From the IMG/VR virus record IMGVR_UViG_3300030372_003296, positions 1 through 29,924 of that record: DNA of 29,924 nt, one strand, 5' to 3'. This stretch comes from a virus. Its lineage: Duplodnaviria; Caudoviricetes. Within the stretch, counting starts at the first letter, position 1. The number at the start of each line of letters is the position of its first letter. The notes beneath the pieces were generated by a model. It saw nothing but the letters and a program-made list of their open reading frames with translations. It did not search any database and had not been told where the DNA came from. Shown one piece after another: positions 26,154-29,924 of the stretch. The position numbers were made by a program, and so were the translations under genes.

Positions 26154-26497
26154 TGGTTTTTGTTTTTAATTATTTTTTCTAATTCTTCTCTATTTTGTTT
26201 TGAGACTTTAAATTTATTAAATATTTCTTTAACGTCTCCTCCTTCTTGTAAAAATTTAACTGAATTAGTCCAATCAGGAGTTTTTTGATTAAGCCATTTT
26301 TTATCTTCTTCTTTAGGAGTAAATATATTATTTGTCTTACCGTCTCTTGTTACCCATTTTTCAATTTCTTCTGCTAGAACAAATATATCTGCTATGGTAG
26401 AACCTGCATATTTAGAACCATCACTTTGGTTGCTTAAATATTCTGAAGCTGTCTTAACTGATGACTGTCTTATTATGTACTGTTGTGTTTTGTCCAT
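26135..26497 (-). CDS. Hypothetical protein (120 aa)
   Basis: ORF track; YIIRQSSVK motif; in replication/recombination block. Confidence 0.6.
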   Translation of the reverse strand: MDKTQQYIIRQSSVKTASEYLSNQSDGSKYAGSTIADIFVLAEEIEKWVTRDGKTNNIFTPKEEDKKWLNQKTPDWTNSVKFLQEGGDVKEIFNKFKVSKQNREELEKIIKNKNQWQQRQ

Positions 26498-26714
26498 CTT
26501 TAGGAAGTTTAAGTTTTAATGATTTGTAAAAATTCTTTGTTTCGATTCTGTCTTTAATAATATCTTGCTTTAATTTATCAAGTTCATTTTGTATTTCTAA
26601 TAAACACCAATAAATTTCTTTATTATTATTGTTTCCTGCTAGATTATTATTTACAGTTTTAATTATATCCTTTAAGTTAGTTAGGACATTTCGTAATTTA
26701 TTTATGATTTTCAT
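26454..26714 (-). CDS. Hypothetical protein (86 aa)
   Basis: ORF track; first gene after a promoter motif. Confidence 0.5.
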   Translation of the reverse strand: MKIINKLRNVLTNLKDIIKTVNNNLAGNNNNKEIYWCLLEIQNELDKLKQDIIKDRIETKNFYKSLKLKLPKDGQNTTVHNKTVIS

Positions 26715-26736
26715 TGTATATATTATTAATTTATAA

Positions 26737-26760
26737 CAAATATAAACAAATTATATTAAT
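26737..26760 (-). promoter_or_regulatory. Host-type promoter ATTAATA-N9-TATATTTG
   Basis: TAnnTTTG directly after a terminator. Confidence 0.6.
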
Positions 26761-26764
26761 TATT

Positions 26765-26799
26765 AAAAAAAAAGGGATAAAAATTAATTTACCCCCTTT
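26765..26799 (-). terminator. Rho-independent terminator
   Basis: AAAAGGGGGTAAA-TTAATT-TTTATCCCTTTT followed by T run. Confidence 0.75.
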
Positions 26800-26824
26800 T
26801 CAGAATACACATACAAATAAAAAA

Positions 26825-27229
26825 TCAATCAAGTTGACTTAATAAATCTTTATATTCAGTTGTATAATGGTTTATCATATCTTCTAACTCGTGATTATAA
26901 TATTGTACTAATTTCTTACTTTGCAAATATAAACGTTTTGATTTGGTTTTTCCAAGAAAAATTGAAAATTTATATTGTTCACCCTGTTTAAACATATTAC
27001 ACCCTACGCATTGGACTTGTACGTTGTCTTCATCCCACCTTGTTGAATAATGTTTTCGGCTCATAAAATGTCCTGCCTGCATTGTTCCTCCATCCCATAA
27101 ATCTATTTTACCACAAGTAACACACTTAACCTGCCCTCTATGGTTGGCGTTTTTTAGACGTATATATTTTGAAAATATTACATCTAATTTTTTTACAAGT
27201 TTTGCTCGTGTAAGTTTTTTTTTAGCCAA
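26825..27229 (-). CDS. ninG: NinG/Rap-like recombination endonuclease
   Basis: LD.IFSKYIR...CVTCG...AGHFMSR....TRWDEDNV..QC..CN; TTG start. Confidence 0.85.
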   Translation of the reverse strand: MAKKKLTRAKLVKKLDVIFSKYIRLKNANHRGQVKCVTCGKIDLWDGGTMQAGHFMSRKHYSTRWDEDNVQVQCVGCNMFKQGEQYKFSIFLGKTKSKRLYLQSKKLVQYYNHELEDMINHYTTEYKDLLSQLD

Positions 27230-27230
27230 A

Positions 27231-27473
27231 TCAAGACTTTAAATCCCAAAGCAGTTCATCTCCTAACTCTTTGTCTATTGTTTGGATTTGTTTAAAAATA
27301 TATCTGCAATCAGATTTTACTTTTGTTTTTTCTGCTTTTGTACTATCAGTTCCAGTATTTGACCATTGGATGGCATTAAGTTCTAATAATAAATCAGTTT
27401 TATCCTTGACTGAATATTTAAAATCATTTACAATTTTTTTAGCTAAATTACGGATGGTCAAATCTTCTTGCAT
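27231..27473 (-). CDS. Hypothetical protein (80 aa)
   Basis: ORF track; first gene of the early block. Confidence 0.65.
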   Translation of the reverse strand: MQEDLTIRNLAKKIVNDFKYSVKDKTDLLLELNAIQWSNTGTDSTKAEKTKVKSDCRYIFKQIQTIDKELGDELLWDLKS

Positions 27474-27499
27474 TTTTTTTAAGTTTTTTTTTGGTGGTT

Positions 27500-27605
27500 A
27501 ATTTTTTTTATATATATTATATTTATTATTATATTAATTATTCTATTTATTTATTATAAATATCATACTTTTATATTATATTATATTTAATAGAATATTT
27601 AAAGC
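27500..27605. other. Extremely AT-rich non-coding tract at the late/early junction (candidate origin or promoter region)
   Basis: About 100 bp with only a handful of G/C bases. Confidence 0.45.
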
Positions 27606-27607
27606 AT

Positions 27608-27652
27608 AAAAAAAACTAATAAACGACCCTATAAAGGTAGTAAATTAGTTTT
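27608..27652 (-). terminator. Possible terminator closing the lysis operon
   Basis: AAAACTAAT...ATTAGTTTT imperfect hairpin with T tail. Confidence 0.45.
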
Positions 27653-27665
27653 AAAAAAGAATATC

Positions 27666-27815
27666 CTATCTGCGTTTGCCTTGCCCTCGGTATTTCTTCT
27701 TGTATAATTTTGAACTTTTAAGAGTACTGGTCTTGCTTTTAGCGTGAACCCCTTTTCGCTTTTTAACTGGTTTTTCAACAACCTGTACGTATGTAAATTT
27801 ATTTCTCTTTGGCAT
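27666..27815 (-). CDS. Highly basic micro-protein (49 aa, ...KKRKGVHAKSK...YKKKYRGQGKRR)
   Basis: Hand translation; TAATG-coupled to holin. Confidence 0.6.
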   Translation of the reverse strand: MPKRNKFTYVQVVEKPVKKRKGVHAKSKTSTLKSSKLYKKKYRGQGKRR

Positions 27816-28225
27816 TATTTATGCATTTTATTTCCAAATACCTTTTCAACTCCTCTGCTGCCAAAGTAACCACCAATCACAATACTTAATAAGCCAGTAA
27901 TTGAATCTAAAGGGTAACTTAAATACCACCCAACTACGTAACTAATTGTTAAAAAAATAAGAGTCAAAGGTCTTACATTTGCTGCAAGCCAAGAACTCTT
28001 ACTGTCGGCTACCCATCTTTGGGTCGTACCGCTTATTTCTGTGCGTTCTAAACGCAGTTTCTCTAATGCTATAGCCTTATCCCCTTCAGAAAGTTTTGAA
28101 CCCCCTATAATCGCCTCTATGACATTTCCTACTGGTGTGTCTTCTGCTATTGCTCCAACCACACTTGGTATCTTATTCAGAAGGAATTGTCCTACTTTTG
28201 TATCTTTAAATTTTTTCTTAGCCAT
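27815..28225 (-). CDS. Holin (3TM/GTA-holin-like)
   Basis: RWVAD..SWLAANVRPL + two hydrophobic helices + YFGSRGVEK; next to endolysin. Confidence 0.75.
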   Translation of the reverse strand: MAKKKFKDTKVGQFLLNKIPSVVGAIAEDTPVGNVIEAIIGGSKLSEGDKAIALEKLRLERTEISGTTQRWVADSKSSWLAANVRPLTLIFLTISYVVGWYLSYPLDSITGLLSIVIGGYFGSRGVEKVFGNKMHK

Positions 28226-28243
28226 ATTGTTGAACCTGAAGTA

Positions 28244-28615
28244 TTAGTATGTCCAGATGACTTTTCCACTTTTATTACCCCCCTTTGCTTCGGAATCGGA
28301 ATCAACGTGAATAAAGGTCTTGGCAATACCGATTCTTGTGAAACCCGCATCAAGGAGGGTCGAGACAATAATGAATCTGTCACGTGAGTTCTTGCAAACA
28401 ATATCTGCTGCTTTTCCCACCAAATGAGACGATTCAGGTTTGCCTCCAACTTTCGCATTGTGTTCTCTGCTTCGATAGCCCGAAGTGATTCTGAATTCAA
28501 TTCCAGCTTGACCCCTTGCAAAGTCGAGCAACTCCAAAAAATCAGGACACATAAACTCACTACCACTTCCAGGTAAATCAGGTGAATCAAATTCTTCATA
28601 TTTAAAATACTGCAT
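28244..28615 (-). CDS. Endolysin, peptidase M15A family
   Basis: ITSGYR...N..VGG...SSHL.G.AADI...RIGI...FIHVD zinc-binding motifs. Confidence 0.9.
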   Translation of the reverse strand: MQYFKYEEFDSPDLPGSGSEFMCPDFLELLDFARGQAGIEFRITSGYRSREHNAKVGGKPESSHLVGKAADIVCKNSRDRFIIVSTLLDAGFTRIGIAKTFIHVDSDSEAKGGNKSGKVIWTY

Positions 28616-28618
28616 AAC

Positions 28619-29041
28619 TTACTTGCCTTTACAACTGCAATCATTTTCTCCACAAATACATTTTTTATTTAATTTACTATTGTATAAATTATCAATAAAA
28701 TTTGAACCAAACAGAGATAAATTGTCAACTAAATCTTTTTGAGTTGATATTACTAATGCCTCTAAACTATCTTTCTGTTTTACTAATTGTTCAACTGTCA
28801 TTTTTAATGACTCATTTTTCTTTTTTAATTCTTCAACTTCTTCAGGAGATTTACCAATTAAAACGCTAATTACCATTGCTAAACTTGCTGAAAGTGAGCC
28901 AGTTATTGCAACAAATATATCTTTATTTTCAGGTGGTATTTTAACATTTCCTAAATACATTAACAAAAAAATAACCGTCATAAATAAAACGGCTGAACCT
29001 ATATAATGGTATATAAATTTAATCGGTATTTTGCTAGGCAT
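28619..29041 (-). CDS. Two-TM plus coiled-coil membrane protein (lysis accessory?)
   Basis: Two hydrophobic helices, heptad coil, C-terminal CICGENDCSC. Confidence 0.6.
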   Translation of the reverse strand: MPSKIPIKFIYHYIGSAVLFMTVIFLLMYLGNVKIPPENKDIFVAITGSLSASLAMVISVLIGKSPEEVEELKKKNESLKMTVEQLVKQKDSLEALVISTQKDLVDNLSLFGSNFIDNLYNSKLNKKCICGENDCSCKGK

Positions 29042-29044
29042 AGT

Positions 29045-29203
29045 TTATGATTTATTTTTGTATTTGTAATAAATTAAAAGTCCAGTATAACCAATCGTTA
29101 AAAGTAAAACGACTGTTTGTAAAATTGAATTAATATTTTCCATAGAACTAAAAAGTAATGCTCCTAAATTAACTGCGTAAAGTTTAAATCCCATATCTTC
29201 CAT
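29045..29203 (-). CDS. Small membrane protein, holin-like (52 aa, MEDMGFKLYAVNLGALLFSS...LLLTIGYT...YKNKS)
   Basis: Hand translation; hydrophobic with basic tail; heads the lysis cassette. Confidence 0.6.
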   Translation of the reverse strand: MEDMGFKLYAVNLGALLFSSMENINSILQTVVLLLTIGYTGLLIYYKYKNKS

Positions 29204-29213
29204 TATTAGTTTT

Positions 29214-29924
29214 TTAATTATTCCTTTCTGCGTAAAGCTTCCACACTTGCTCTCCTGTAAGTGCTGTGCTAAATACTCTTAATTGAGCCATATATCCATT
29301 CATATAGTAAGCAGCATCACCAGTAGGGTATTTTCCTACATATCTTATATTTTGTGAAGTTCCTCCTGCTGACCCTGAATTAATTTGCACTCCATTTAGA
29401 TATACATTTAAGTCTTTGTCTTGATAAATATGATGCCATTTCCCCATTAAATCCCAATCTGTACCAGAGTAATTCCAATAAGCACCTCCCGCATAAAATC
29501 CAGTAGCACCATCATTTGACCCCCATCTTACAGCGCCAAAATATGTACTGCTTGTTTCTTCACTATGAATTAGTGCATCTCTAGTATTAGTTCCATTTGC
29601 ATTCATTTTTACCCAATAACTAACACCCACAACAGGTATTTTACCACTCGTACCAAAATCTATATAGTTATCAGTATCATTAAAACTTAATGAGTAAGTC
29701 CCAAAAGCAGGGTCTGTCGTTGTATAAGCAGCATTTTCAGCACTTTCTGCATAGCTACCTGTGCTGTCTGTTAAATTATTTTGAAACTTAAAAAAGGCTA
29801 CTTCGCCTGAACTAAATGGTTGTGAAGCATCTTTAGTTATGTAGCATTGAAATTCTTTATCGTATAGGTCTTGCATCTGAGAATCTGTTAGTACAGAAGG
29901 AAAATATTTAACTTGATCTATCAA
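29214..29924 (-). CDS. LamG-domain protein, C-terminal part (starts beyond right edge)
   Basis: Begins mid-domain (LIDQVKYFPSVLTDSQMQDLY), then a full LamG-like domain (VSYWVK...KWHHI...VYLNG...YMNGYMAQLRVFSTALT..QV..LY). Confidence 0.8.
   Translation of the reverse strand: MIDQVKYFPSVLTDSQMQDLYDKEFQCYITKDASQPFSSGEVAFFKFQNNLTDSTGSYAESAENAAYTTTDPAFGTYSLSFNDTDNYIDFGTSGKIPVVGVSYWVKMNANGTNTRDALIHSEETSSTYFGAVRWGSNDGATGFYAGGAYWNYSGTDWDLMGKWHHIYQDKDLNVYLNGVQINSGSAGGTSQNIRYVGKYPTGDAAYYMNGYMAQLRVFSTALTGEQVWKLYAERNN

Noticed and set aside
25515-28387. Plus-strand ORFs 25515-25712, 27271-27501, 28041-28247 and 28187-28387
   Set aside because: Antisense to helicase, early and lysis genes; no sign of plus-strand transcription units
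28192-28653. 153-aa alternative-frame ORF spanning the endolysin (possible embedded spanin)
   Set aside because: No convincing lipobox or TM helix; higher local GC makes long open frames more likely by chance
1-29924. CRISPR array, integrase/att site or stop-codon reassignment
   Set aside because: No regularly spaced repeats or recombinase motif; standard-code ORFs tile the window and TAA, TAG and TGA all serve as stops

Overview
AT-rich (roughly 30% GC) window that reads as a nearly complete small tailed phage genome. The host is probably Bacteroidota/Flavobacteriia, inferred from TAnnTTTG promoter elements and A-rich leaders without Shine-Dalgarno sequences. Essentially all genes are on the minus strand. 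Read right to left the order is: end of a multi-LamG receptor-binding protein, lysis cassette (membrane proteins, M15 peptidase endolysin, holin), AT-rich junction, early/replication block (NinG-like nuclease, SSB-like protein, SF4 helicase, ECF-like sigma factor, PD-(D/E)XK nucleases, GIY-YIG/T5orf172 protein, DnaA-domain-IV-like HTH), terminase, tail genes, protease/scaffold/capsid, tail tube, portal, adaptor, tail fibre and the start of a multi-LamG gene. Both window ends lie in LamG coding sequence, suggesting a circular map with a gap. Main observations: (1) six exact ACAA-N15-ATTGTAT motifs upstream of late genes, five of them 4-6 nt before an ATG, a candidate phage-sigma regulon with leaderless mRNAs; (2) a -1 frameshift in a tail-chaperone-like gene; (3) a ~100 nt structured element flanked by an 8-bp duplication of the exonuclease start; (4) a second promoter class containing DnaA-box-like sequences; (5) near-complete GATC avoidance; (6) several translationally coupled micro-ORFs missing from the ORF track. 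Product names come from motif recognition and gene context only; no database searches were run.
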